This document shows, in pieces, positions 36,022-44,953 of a stretch of 44,953 nucleotides of DNA. Position 1 is the stretch's first letter, and the number at the start of each line of letters is the position of its first letter. Source of the stretch: a virus (lineage: Duplodnaviria > Heunggongvirae > Uroviricota > Caudoviricetes). The stretch spans positions 1 to 44,953 of the IMG/VR virus record IMGVR_UViG_3300021255_003103; one strand, 5' to 3'. A program made the translations under genes and the position numbers. Under the pieces are notes generated by a model. It was not told the DNA's origin, ran no database searches, and saw only the letters and a program-made list of their open reading frames with translations.

Positions 36022-36712
36022 AGATAATATTAATAATCCTTTATTGTATGATGAAGTTGATTCAATATTGAATACTATATTAAAACTTAAAGATAATGAT
36101 ATATACTTGCTATATGATCCTAGTTTGAATATTTCATTTTATAAAAAATTTACACAATATAAAAACATATATTTTAAGACATTTAGTTTCAAAAATAGAA
36201 ATGAATATTCTAATATGTGTCTTAATTATAGGTTTTATGAAATGTTCAATAATTATAAGTATATGCTAATATGTCAAACTGACGCATATATATTTAATAA
36301 TGAATTATTATATTGGTGTAATAAAGGATATGATTATATTGGAGCGTTAGGATTGTTTACAGAAATATATCCAAAACTTAAAGGTAATTGGGGTGATGAA
36401 AATGTTGGAAATATATATGATTATAAATATTTTGTAATGAATGGTGGATTTTCATTACGTAATATTCAATCAATGTATAATCTTTGTTATAATCATAAAG
36501 ATAAATTAAAAAACGAAACATTTAATGAAGACTGCGTAATATTTTGGAATTATAAAAATGAATTAAATATACCATCACTTGAAGAAGCAATTAAATTTAG
36601 CGCAGAAAATCAAACATATGCATTTTATCCAAAATATTATAATAAATTACCTTTTGGGTGTCATACAAGAAATACAAAATATAAGTTATTTGATATTTTT
36701 GGAATAAAATAA
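35966..36712 (+). CDS. DUF5672 family (glycosyltransferase-like) protein
   Basis: VVIPIYK, LICQTDAYIF, YDYIGA, NGGFSLR, NED, EAIKFSAE, PFGCH. Confidence 0.82.
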   Translation: MSNTLIENKDVCVVIPIYKDNINNPLLYDEVDSILNTILKLKDNDIYLLYDPSLNISFYKKFTQYKNIYFKTFSFKNRNEYSNMCLNYRFYEMFNNYKYMLICQTDAYIFNNELLYWCNKGYDYIGALGLFTEIYPKLKGNWGDENVGNIYDYKYFVMNGGFSLRNIQSMYNLCYNHKDKLKNETFNEDCVIFWNYKNELNIPSLEEAIKFSAENQTYAFYPKYYNKLPFGCHTRNTKYKLFDIFGIK

Positions 36713-36720
36713 TAATAATA

Positions 36721-36749
36721 TTTGAATTTTATAAATTAAGTACTATATT
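36721..36749 (+). promoter_or_regulatory. Repeated phage promoter-like motif
   Basis: TTTGAA-N17-TATATT. Confidence 0.7.
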
Positions 36750-36807
36750 ATTTATGTATGGATGGTAAACATAAAACATTCATTATATTTGTAAAAATCA
36801 AATAAAT

Positions 36808-37134
36808 ATGATTACAATTAAAAAGCTTCATAAAAAATACGGTAAACGTAAAATTCAAGTTTTTGAAGACAATAAGACGCTCGGCGAAATAATTGAATGC
36901 TGGCATTGGATTTCATTACCAAGAGAAAATCATGAAATTCTTCGAAAAATTGCAATGGAGAATCTTTGGTGGTTACTTCATTCAGATAATATTGGAGAGG
37001 ATTATACTGAACTTGAGGCTTGGGAAGAAAAAATTGAACGTTGGGATAAAGGTCATTCTTATGGAGCTAATAATGAATCGTTATTCTTTCCTGGAGAAAA
37101 AGAAATTGCATTAAATTCAATTAATAACAAGTAA
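36808..37134 (+). CDS. Hypothetical protein
   Basis: 108-aa ORF. Confidence 0.75.
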   Translation: MITIKKLHKKYGKRKIQVFEDNKTLGEIIECWHWISLPRENHEILRKIAMENLWWLLHSDNIGEDYTELEAWEEKIERWDKGHSYGANNESLFFPGEKEIALNSINNK

Positions 37135-37243
37135 TATGACGTTTCCAGAAATATATAAACAAGAAAAAGAAAATAATTTAGAAATTTATTTATTAGATAT
37201 TTTAAATAATTATATAAGTTAAACAAATTAAATTAATTAAATT

Positions 37244-38095
37244 ATGGGAAAACAAAAACGTAGTCCAAACACTTATCAGAAGATTAACACAATCTTTATG
37301 CGTGATGCAAAAAATGTAATCATGCCTTATGATGGTTTTACAGAACCAGAATTTGAATATCTCCGTGGATTGAAATGGCGTGGAGAGGAAAAAATTGATG
37401 GAAGTTGTATGCGTATTGAAGTAACTAAAGCTGAAGTTTGGGATGATCCAATGGAGCCAAGCAAACTTGAAGGTGTAGAATTTGCTGTACGTATTGCTGG
37501 AAAGACCGATAACGCACAGATTCCTCCAAAGCTCAAGAAGTTTATGGAAGAAAATTATCCAGATGAAAAGGTTTTTGCCGCTCTTGGACTTAAAAAATTT
37601 ATTCCAGTAGAAGAGTGGGTAGAACATAAGTGGGTAACATCTGATGGTATTACACCAAGTTATGATGCTATTCCAGAAATCTACACTATTTATGGTGAAG
37701 GCTATGGTGCTGGTATTCAGAAAGCTGGTGGAAATTATATTTCTAATGGTGTAGGATTCATTGTGTTTGATGTAAAGGTAAATGACATTTATTTGCTTAC
37801 AAGTGCACGTGATGAAATTGCTACAAAGCTTGGTGCTCCTATTGTTCCATTTATGGGATATTTTACCCTTGATGAGGCTATTGATTTTGTCCGTAAGGGA
37901 TTTATTTCAACAATTTCTGAGAACAGAGAATACATGGCAGAAGGTCTTGTTCTTCGTACTGATTTAGGTCTTCGTAACCGTATGGGTAAGAGACTTATTG
38001 TAAAAATAAAGTATGAAGATTTCCAAAAGTACCGTGCAGTTTATGGTACTGATGAAAAGGTTGACCAGCCTAAGAATGAAAATTATTCACGATAA
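37244..38095 (+). CDS. ATP-dependent RNA ligase (Rnl2-like nucleotidyltransferase domain)
   Basis: YQKINT; motif I EKIDG; motif III IYGEGYG; IIIa FIVFDV; IV EGLVLR; V IVKIK. Confidence 0.88.
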   Translation: MGKQKRSPNTYQKINTIFMRDAKNVIMPYDGFTEPEFEYLRGLKWRGEEKIDGSCMRIEVTKAEVWDDPMEPSKLEGVEFAVRIAGKTDNAQIPPKLKKFMEENYPDEKVFAALGLKKFIPVEEWVEHKWVTSDGITPSYDAIPEIYTIYGEGYGAGIQKAGGNYISNGVGFIVFDVKVNDIYLLTSARDEIATKLGAPIVPFMGYFTLDEAIDFVRKGFISTISENREYMAEGLVLRTDLGLRNRMGKRLIVKIKYEDFQKYRAVYGTDEKVDQPKNENYSR

Positions 38096-38161
38096 AGTCA
38101 GCCAGGGAGACTATAAAATCATTCTCTGATGAGACCTGGACGAAAATATATCCCTCTGAAT
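38096..38161 (+). ncRNA. Hammerhead-like ribozyme with pseudoknot, copy 2
   Basis: CUGAUGA 38126-38132, GAAA 38142-38145, CCAGG 38102-38106 with CCUGG 38135-38139; starts at the base after the ligase TAA. Confidence 0.65.
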
Positions 38162-38192
38162 CCACTCGCTTGTGAAAGTAGGTGGATTTTTT
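38159..38192 (+). terminator. Intrinsic terminator fused to ribozyme-like element
   Basis: AATCCACTCGCTT-GTGA-AAGTAGGTGGATT then T run. Confidence 0.8.
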
Positions 38193-38239
38193 CTTATTAA
38201 TTTTTGAATATAACAAGTTCATAAATTTCCTTGTGAAAT

Positions 38240-38268
38240 TTTGAATATTATTTATTTTTTACTATATT
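38240..38268 (+). promoter_or_regulatory. Repeated phage promoter-like motif
   Basis: TTTGAA-N17-TATATT-AATA-TTG. Confidence 0.7.
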
Positions 38269-38309
38269 AATATTGTAAATAAAATTAGTAAACAATAAAA
38301 ATTTAAAAT

Positions 38310-38933
38310 ATGAACGATTATCGCACTGTTATTCTTACTTCCCGTAACATCAACTGTTCAACCATTACTTCTGAGGAGTTTATCCGTGCAATGTTCTCTG
38401 ATTTTCTTGAGGCTGAGGAGAAATACAATGACCTTTATATTCCTGAGTGGGAGGCCTCTAAGGTAAGAAATTTCTTTAGCCGCATGGAATGGACTCGTAA
38501 ACGTGCCACCAATTTTGCTGAGAAGAAGTGGAAGACTGAGAAGAAACGTACTGCTTATATTGAATCTGAGGTTGCAAAGGCTCGCAAGGAGTACAAAATG
38601 AGTGATTTCTATTATGGCCTTTCGTTTTTTGATTTTGATGTAAATCCTGGAGAAATGGGTATCTCAGGCGACTGTTGTATTTCATATAAGGAATTGACTC
38701 CTACCAAGCTGGGTCGCTGCTTTGAGGCTGTTAAGGATAACAAATATTTCAAGAAGGCTATTGGGTGGAAATTCACTTATGAAGCTTCAAATAATTCACA
38801 TCAGGTTTGCTTCCGCCCACATATTGAGCTTATCGTCGATGCTGAAACTGAGGCTCAGATGAAAAAGGATGCTGAGGACTTAACTGAGTCTGTCCGCAAT
38901 TTTTATAAGGATTGCACCTATTGGGGAGATTAA
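38310..38933 (+). CDS. Hypothetical protein
   Basis: 207-aa ORF ending FYKDCTYWGD. Confidence 0.8.
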   Translation: MNDYRTVILTSRNINCSTITSEEFIRAMFSDFLEAEEKYNDLYIPEWEASKVRNFFSRMEWTRKRATNFAEKKWKTEKKRTAYIESEVAKARKEYKMSDFYYGLSFFDFDVNPGEMGISGDCCISYKELTPTKLGRCFEAVKDNKYFKKAIGWKFTYEASNNSHQVCFRPHIELIVDAETEAQMKKDAEDLTESVRNFYKDCTYWGD

Positions 38934-38956
38934 CCAATATAATTTAATACTTAATT

Positions 38957-38984
38957 GAGGAGGTTAAATTTAATCTCCTCTTTA
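38957..38984 (+). terminator. Intrinsic terminator abutting a -10-like CTATATT
   Basis: GAGGAGGTTAA-AT-TTAATCTCCTC then TTT. Confidence 0.75.
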
Positions 38985-39015
38985 CTATATTATAATATAA
39001 TTTAATTTGTATATT

Positions 39016-39378
39016 ATGAATAGAGCTGAAAGACGTAGACGTACAATTAATAAGTACAATTCAAGAGTTAAATTATTCTATCAAATTGGGTGGGGTAAAA
39101 ATATTAAAGTATCTGAAGAGGAAGCATATCCAAATGACAAACGATATGCAGGAACACAAACAATAGGAGATACTCATTGGCATAAAGCTGAATCATGGAA
39201 AGAAGCAAAAGAAAGATCTAACTGGATTTATTTGTATAAGAATACTGGTACAATATGGGATCATGGATATTGGACTAAATATGAAAGACATCGATTGAAT
39301 AAACAATCAAGAAGAAATGCTAAATTAGATATTAAAAATGGAATAGAAGTTGCATTTGAAAGAATAAATATAAAATAA
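39016..39378 (+). CDS. Basic hypothetical protein
   Basis: MNRAERRRRT...; ATG 39016 preferred over TTG 39007. Confidence 0.75.
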   Translation: MNRAERRRRTINKYNSRVKLFYQIGWGKNIKVSEEEAYPNDKRYAGTQTIGDTHWHKAESWKEAKERSNWIYLYKNTGTIWDHGYWTKYERHRLNKQSRRNAKLDIKNGIEVAFERINIK

Positions 39379-39404
39379 AGAGGAACTTATTGTTCCTCTT
39401 TTTT
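39377..39404. terminator. Bidirectional terminator at convergent junction
   Basis: AAAGAGGAAC-TTATT-GTTCCTCTTT; loop holds the minus-strand stop codon. Confidence 0.75.
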
Positions 39405-40088
39405 GTATGTACTAAATGGAAATTTATGTATATTGTTTTCTTTCATGTAATTAATCATCATTTTGTAATTTGATACATCCTCTTCAGTAAAATCATGAAA
39501 ATTATTTATTAATAATATTGTATCAAATCTTGCAGAAAAATCTGTATTTGAGTTTTTATTTAATTCATTAAGATATTTTTCACATTGATAACGACTTTTA
39601 CCATATATCTTATAACGCGGACTATTATAATATTTTGATTTAAATTCTTTAACCCAAATATCCCCTACGACTTGCATCATTTGATAAATGCTCTTTTTAA
39701 TTTTTTCAATTGATTCTGCATGATTTTTTAATTGACCAACAAATTCTTCAGTAGATAATAAATTTGTATTTTCTCCAGCAAATTTTTTTGTCAATACTTT
39801 TGTATTATGTATATTATTAAATTGTTCATCAAGAATTACTTTTTTCTTTTCTAATTCCTTAAATTCATCTTCTGAAATAATACGAGGATATGATATCATA
39901 TCTTTATCAATACCTATTATGTCTGCATATTTTTCTTTATCTACTTCATACATTTTATATTCTAAAATGTTATATGTTTGATCTGCCCAAGGTTCAAAAC
40001 TAAATAATAATTCTTTAGATTCTAAATATGTTTCTGCATATATAATTATTCTTGCATGTGAATTGTATTTTCTGAAAATAAATATCAT
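39387..40088 (-). CDS. Hypothetical protein
   Basis: 233-aa ORF. Confidence 0.75.
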   Translation of the reverse strand: MIFIFRKYNSHARIIIYAETYLESKELLFSFEPWADQTYNILEYKMYEVDKEKYADIIGIDKDMISYPRIISEDEFKELEKKKVILDEQFNNIHNTKVLTKKFAGENTNLLSTEEFVGQLKNHAESIEKIKKSIYQMMQVVGDIWVKEFKSKYYNSPRYKIYGKSRYQCEKYLNELNKNSNTDFSARFDTILLINNFHDFTEEDVSNYKMMINYMKENNIHKFPFSTYKKEEQ

Positions 40089-40384
40089 ATTATATTATCT
40101 TTATATTTTTTTACTTCTTTAATTAATTCATTTATATTATCTAATGGCATAACTAATGGAGGATCTATCTTAATAAGATAACCTTCTGATGTATATTCAA
40201 ATTTTAAATTTGGAATTATTAAATCTAATATACTTCTATATAATGAATAATCATTATCAGGTTCTTTTTTTAATAATGATATTGTTTCATTAAGTTCTAT
40301 TATTTGATTTTCTAATTCTGTGTTTTTCTTTATTTGTTTTTTAATAAAATCTGATGCTAATCCATTTTTTTCAATTTTATCCAT
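40085..40384 (-). CDS. Hypothetical coiled-coil protein, paralog of 40406..40804
   Basis: NGLASDFIKKQIKKNTELENQIIELNETISLLK. Confidence 0.75.
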   Translation of the reverse strand: MDKIEKNGLASDFIKKQIKKNTELENQIIELNETISLLKKEPDNDYSLYRSILDLIIPNLKFEYTSEGYLIKIDPPLVMPLDNINELIKEVKKYKDNII

Positions 40385-40405
40385 TAATTAATATACGCCA
40401 TATTT

Positions 40406-40804
40406 TTAAATCACCCAATTGTGCAATCTAGGTGTTCCTCCTAATCCATAAGTAGAACTATAACTTTTATTAACTCCAATATCTGGTGAACTAATATTAT
40501 AATCTTCTTTAGTAATTATTTTAATTAATTCTTCTACAATTAAATATTCATCAGATGATATTGGATATTCATCTATTGATAATGTATAATCCGTGTAACT
40601 ATTTACGTGATCACGATTAATTTTTCCATATTTTAACATATTACAAAGTATATTAAAATATTTAGTTTCTGAATTATTATCTTTTAATATTTCAATTTCT
40701 TTATTTAATAAGTATATTTTATCTTCTAATTCCGATTCTTTCTTTAAATGTGCTTTAATAAATTCACTAGTTAAAACACCATTTTGATTATCGTTTTCAC
40801 TCAT
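40406..40804 (-). CDS. Hypothetical coiled-coil protein, paralog of 40085..40384
   Basis: NGVLTSEFIKAHLKKESELEDKIYLLNKEIEILK. Confidence 0.75.
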   Translation of the reverse strand: MSENDNQNGVLTSEFIKAHLKKESELEDKIYLLNKEIEILKDNNSETKYFNILCNMLKYGKINRDHVNSYTDYTLSIDEYPISSDEYLIVEELIKIITKEDYNISSPDIGVNKSYSSTYGLGGTPRLHNWVI

Positions 40805-40845
40805 ATTATTAATAATGTTAATTATATTTTAAATAGAATTAATTA

Positions 40846-43800
40846 TTATATAGATTCAAATAAGTCTTTTGTATCTTCTTTCTTCTTTTTATTGTCTGGT
40901 TTATCATTATTTACTTGTGCAAATATATCATCTTTTAATGTATTTGTGTTTTCTTGTTTTCTCATAAATCTATTATTTGATTCATCCAAATCAGAATATT
41001 CATAATATCCATAAGGTCTATGTATAACATTAGGTAATTCTCCAGTTACGTCAACAAGTCTTTTCTTACTGGTCAATTCAAATGGTTTATTGATTTCATC
41101 TTCATCCTCATCATAGTTATCTTTCATTTCATCAATTAATTCTTCAATAAAGAAAGTCTTAGTCTGTTCAGAACCACCATAAACATCAGTTAAATCAGTT
41201 TTCTTATCCCACAATAATTCAAATGGTGTTATTCCTATTGTTCCTTTATTTGAACGACCTTGTAACACAATTATCTTCCATAAGTCTTTAGATAATTCAA
41301 ATATAGTTTCAAGATATTCTTTATCTTCAACAACAACATCTTTAATAGAATTTGCATATCCAACAGCATAATCAGCAAGATATTTGTTTATTTCCATTTC
41401 TGTTGTCTTACTATGAGCTCTAGCCCAGTCTTGAGATTGCTTAACAAATTTCAATACTGGAAAATCTAATCTTTTACGTTTTCTATTTGATTCTATATTT
41501 ACAAATTTTCTAATACGATTAAGTTTAGTATAATTAATTCTATTTTGTTTTTTATCAACACAATATTGATATATATCTCTTATCGTATCACAATCATAAA
41601 ATTTATAAAGGCCAAGAACTATTGGAATATTCTTTTCTAGAATTTCAATATCTTTAGCATAAAGATTATTTTCTTCTCGCTCAACTTTATATTCTTCATC
41701 TTTAAAGATACTATATGAACCTTTCAATAATTCTTTATATACGTCAATATTTCCATCATCTAAATGATTAAGAAAATTAAATGTTTCAGCAGTATTATAA
41801 TTATATCTATAACTACGGCATTCACGTAAAAATGAGTCTAAATCATTGCTTATATCTTCATTGACTTCATTATTTGATTCAATAATATTTACAGTATATC
41901 CATAATATTGCATACCTTTTTTTAATACTTCAAGTTGTTTTGAATACTCTGTATATCTTTCTTCAAATACTTTAAGCTTATATGTTGTTTCATCTATATA
42001 ATAACGACAATCATTTTCATCATACTTAAGATATCTATTTGATGATAAAAGAGACTGAATTAATGGATTATATTTTGATTCTTCATTATTTCTTTCAAGC
42101 ATATCATTACATGTCTGTATTAAGTCACGTGCAAACAATAAGTCCTTTTCACTAAAACTTAAGTCAAGTGGATTAATATACTTATAGTTTATTGGAACTC
42201 CAGTTGAATCTTTTTTCTCCAAGAATAACTTAATATATAGATCATTATTACGAAGACGATTTGCAAACTGCTCAATATCTTGAGCAATCCAAGTTTCATT
42301 AAAATATACTGAAAATTTATATCTATCGCAAATGTCGACACCAACTGACAAATAATTTGTACAGAATATTATATTATTAAGACCAATAGATTTATCAATA
42401 TTGATAGTCTCCATCGTTTCTTCTCCATAATTTGATTTCTTATAATAAAATGCTTTAAGTTCTTTTGTATATTTAAATTCATCTAATAATACCTTTTGAA
42501 TTCTTCCAACAACTTGTTCAAAATATAAATTTCCTTTATTTGTTGGGAATAATATTTTCTTGCCTTCTACAATGTCTTGTGCCATAGATTTACACATATC
42601 AATAAACTTTTCAGTTTTTGTTGGCACCATGTGTATTTCAAAATCTTTAATTCGATAATCTTCTTTTATGACTTTTATATGCTTTATGTTTGGAAAAAAC
42701 AGCATCTCACCAGTAGGTGTTCCTGTCATCATTATTATCTTTGCTTTACAGTTTGCTAAACGTTGAATTGCTGGTGACATAACATCTCTATATGAACTAG
42801 TAAATAATAGATGTGATTCATCAATTACAATATATTCAAATCCAGCCTGATCTAATTCAAATACATTAAGACGAGAGAATTTGTCAATAGTCATAGACAT
42901 ATTTCTATCACCTAATATATCCTCAAGTGTTGGTCTTTTATTTCCATAGAAATATAACCAATCTGATGTTTTTTCATCTGCTTCAACTTTAGCTTTAATT
43001 GTTGATGTAAACGGAAGAATCAATAAAGTCTTTGCTTTAAGGCTTTTAATCATTTCAGTTTTACCATATCCTGCACCTGCTTCAAGCAATGTTATATGAG
43101 ATAAGTTAGCAATTATTTCATCTTTAAGATCTGAAAGATATTGATTACTTTTCATATTTAATATAACTGATGTTGAAGAGTCATTCAATATTTTTGTAGG
43201 ATCTAAACCTGCAACTGTAGCATTCTTAATATCTTCTTCTGTTTTTTGCTCTTCTGTAAAAGTGTCATCTGTCTTTATGTTCAGTTTAAAACCATGATTC
43301 TTATTTAACTCTTTGACAGCCCATATTGAAATTGGCTTATCATGTATTGCTGCTGTTCTTACATCACCTGCCAACTCTCGTCTTGATGTGCCATCACAAA
43401 TTTCAATCATAATTTGCAATGCCTTTTCTTCTCCATAAATAGATGTTAATGTATTTGCAAGCTGCCAACGTTGCGCATGCTTGTAATGTCGTCTACCTTT
43501 ACTTTTAGATACATCTCTATCATTAATGCCTGATATATTAGTTATTTCAACATCCTCAGTTGTATTTGTATTTAAGTTAAACCATTCAAGTTTATGAAAA
43601 ATATCTTTTAAATCTGGGTGAGATATCCAATCAATACTTGTTATACCACTTTGAAATGCAGATTCAAAATTAACATCTAATCTTAAATCTCTAAAATTCG
43701 TATTTAATAATGCATTATTATCCGATGATATAAAAATACCTTGTTGTGGCTTACACATTGCCATATCCATATACTTAAATATATCATCTTTAGTATATCC

Positions 43801-44475
43801 ATATTCTTTAGAATGTTTCATTAAGACAATATAAATATATGAATATTTATGTCTAAAATTACATATATATTCAATACGTCTACTATTTAAGTCAATTGAT
43901 ATTGGTGTAATTTTTGTCCAAACGTGACATGATTTTCCAGATGCAGAAATACAACAACCTAAAAACCAATGATATTGTTTTAAATCGTCAAATAAGAACT
44001 GCTTGATAATTTTCGCAAGTTCAGCATCTTTAATATCAATATCTATAATCTGAAGTCCATTCCAAATATTATAAGATATATCACCAATAGGACGTTGGTT
44101 TGAAAAAGATGAATAAACAACCTTACGATTAATTTTATCAATGCCCTTATAAGATGGATCTTTCATTAAATTATATATGTCTCCCCAGTTCCATATAATA
44201 CCTGATTTTTCATAGATACTATTTACTACAAGTGTTTCTATAAATTGTAATTGGTCTGAAAAGAAATCCTCCTGTTCCTCTTCAGTACATTCTGCATAAT
44301 TATTTGAACTATATTGTGTTTCGATTTGATTCTTAACTTCATTTAATTCATTATATTCTGAACTTATTTGACTAAATGACTTAAGAATCTCTGTTAATGA
44401 TTTATCTTTACTATTATATTGATCATTAAGTTTCTTTAAATAATTACCTAATTTATTATTAAATAATTCACCCAC
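40846..44475 (-). CDS. AEP primase-like (BT4734/VirE_N-type) fused to SF2 helicase (UL9 origin-binding-like)
   Basis: QIIDIDIKD and ISASGKSCHVW (AEP motifs I/II); AGAGYGKT Walker A; VIDESH Walker B; MTGTP; TNYLSVGVDI; QFANRLR; GTG start. Confidence 0.75.
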   Translation of the reverse strand: MGELFNNKLGNYLKKLNDQYNSKDKSLTEILKSFSQISSEYNELNEVKNQIETQYSSNNYAECTEEEQEDFFSDQLQFIETLVVNSIYEKSGIIWNWGDIYNLMKDPSYKGIDKINRKVVYSSFSNQRPIGDISYNIWNGLQIIDIDIKDAELAKIIKQFLFDDLKQYHWFLGCCISASGKSCHVWTKITPISIDLNSRRIEYICNFRHKYSYIYIVLMKHSKEYGYTKDDIFKYMDMAMCKPQQGIFISSDNNALLNTNFRDLRLDVNFESAFQSGITSIDWISHPDLKDIFHKLEWFNLNTNTTEDVEITNISGINDRDVSKSKGRRHYKHAQRWQLANTLTSIYGEEKALQIMIEICDGTSRRELAGDVRTAAIHDKPISIWAVKELNKNHGFKLNIKTDDTFTEEQKTEEDIKNATVAGLDPTKILNDSSTSVILNMKSNQYLSDLKDEIIANLSHITLLEAGAGYGKTEMIKSLKAKTLLILPFTSTIKAKVEADEKTSDWLYFYGNKRPTLEDILGDRNMSMTIDKFSRLNVFELDQAGFEYIVIDESHLLFTSSYRDVMSPAIQRLANCKAKIIMMTGTPTGEMLFFPNIKHIKVIKEDYRIKDFEIHMVPTKTEKFIDMCKSMAQDIVEGKKILFPTNKGNLYFEQVVGRIQKVLLDEFKYTKELKAFYYKKSNYGEETMETINIDKSIGLNNIIFCTNYLSVGVDICDRYKFSVYFNETWIAQDIEQFANRLRNNDLYIKLFLEKKDSTGVPINYKYINPLDLSFSEKDLLFARDLIQTCNDMLERNNEESKYNPLIQSLLSSNRYLKYDENDCRYYIDETTYKLKVFEERYTEYSKQLEVLKKGMQYYGYTVNIIESNNEVNEDISNDLDSFLRECRSYRYNYNTAETFNFLNHLDDGNIDVYKELLKGSYSIFKDEEYKVEREENNLYAKDIEILEKNIPIVLGLYKFYDCDTIRDIYQYCVDKKQNRINYTKLNRIRKFVNIESNRKRKRLDFPVLKFVKQSQDWARAHSKTTEMEINKYLADYAVGYANSIKDVVVEDKEYLETIFELSKDLWKIIVLQGRSNKGTIGITPFELLWDKKTDLTDVYGGSEQTKTFFIEELIDEMKDNYDEDEDEINKPFELTSKKRLVDVTGELPNVIHRPYGYYEYSDLDESNNRFMRKQENTNTLKDDIFAQVNNDKPDNKKKKEDTKDLFESI

Positions 44476-44593
44476 GTATCATAATAGATATTTTTATTTG
44501 GTTTGTTCCTTTAAATATAGTTAACAATTTTTAAATGTTTAAAACATATTTTAAATTATTTTTATATATAAATTAAATTAAATAATAGATTAT

Positions 44594-44953
44594 ATGAATA
44601 ATTGTGTTCAAACGAATAATCAGAATAATATTGGAATGGAAGAATATTTAAAGCAAAAGGCACAAATAGAAGACCAAATGGATTATAATTTCATTAAACG
44701 AATAATACAAGAAATTACTCAGTCATGTGCTTTGCCTATGCCTTTGCCTGCGTCTGCTATACCACCATTGATTTTACAAGCTGCTCAAAAATTTTGGGAA
44801 GATTACGATGCAGCCTGCGAAGAAAGGTATTATTGTGTTAGAAACATTGATTTTTGTAGATGTGGCCCAAACAATACTATAACTTTACCACAAAGAATAG
44901 TTTCCGTTTTTGGCGTTTATAAGACAACTGATAGTTTTAATTATGGAATAATG
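44594..44953 (+). CDS. Partial CDS, candidate T4 gp13-like neck/head-completion protein
   Basis: Open from ATG 44594 to window end; ILQAAQKFWE.YD.ACEERYY...ITLPQRIVSVFGV pattern. Confidence 0.5.
   Translation, partial: MNNCVQTNNQNNIGMEEYLKQKAQIEDQMDYNFIKRIIQEITQSCALPMPLPASAIPPLILQAAQKFWEDYDAACEERYYCVRNIDFCRCGPNNTITLPQRIVSVFGVYKTTDSFNYGIM

Noticed and set aside
1-44953. Genetic code 15 (TAG=Gln) as in Lak phages
   Set aside because: All large genes are intact in code 11, and one TAG abuts a terminator, consistent with a true stop.
1-44953. tRNA, rRNA, integrase, transposase, intron or intein
   Set aside because: No cloverleaf/T-loop signature, recombinase motifs or splice motifs were seen by eye; tRNAscan-SE and Infernal would be needed to exclude them formally.

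Overview
This is a very AT-rich, densely coding 45 kb segment of what looks like a large lytic (jumbo/mega) dsDNA phage. The host is probably Bacteroidota, inferred from A-rich leaders without Shine-Dalgarno sites and a Bacteroidetes-like DnaK. Most of the window is plus-strand operons of small accessory genes, many preceded by a copy of one promoter-like motif (TTTGAA-N17-TATATT). Three minus-strand blocks interrupt them: a BspA-type LRR gene (141-3188), a set of short genes with T4-like capsid-targeting N-termini (19159-20918), and a primase/SF2-helicase fusion block (39387-44475). Recognisable genes include a dnaK-hsp20-orf-dnaJ-FNT cassette, an ADP-ribosylglycohydrolase, a CX5R phosphatase, a TROVE/Ro60 protein, DUF1848, two HAD (SAK-type) phosphatases, DUF5672, an RNA ligase and a partial gp13-like neck gene. 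The best non-coding signal is two near-identical 96-nt elements 34 kb apart, each with a hammerhead core (CUGAUGA...GAAA), a pseudoknot and a fused GNRA-capped terminator; one starts right after the RNA ligase stop codon. Genes read cleanly in code 11. No tRNA, rRNA, CRISPR array or integrase was seen. All family calls are from motif recognition by eye, not database searches.
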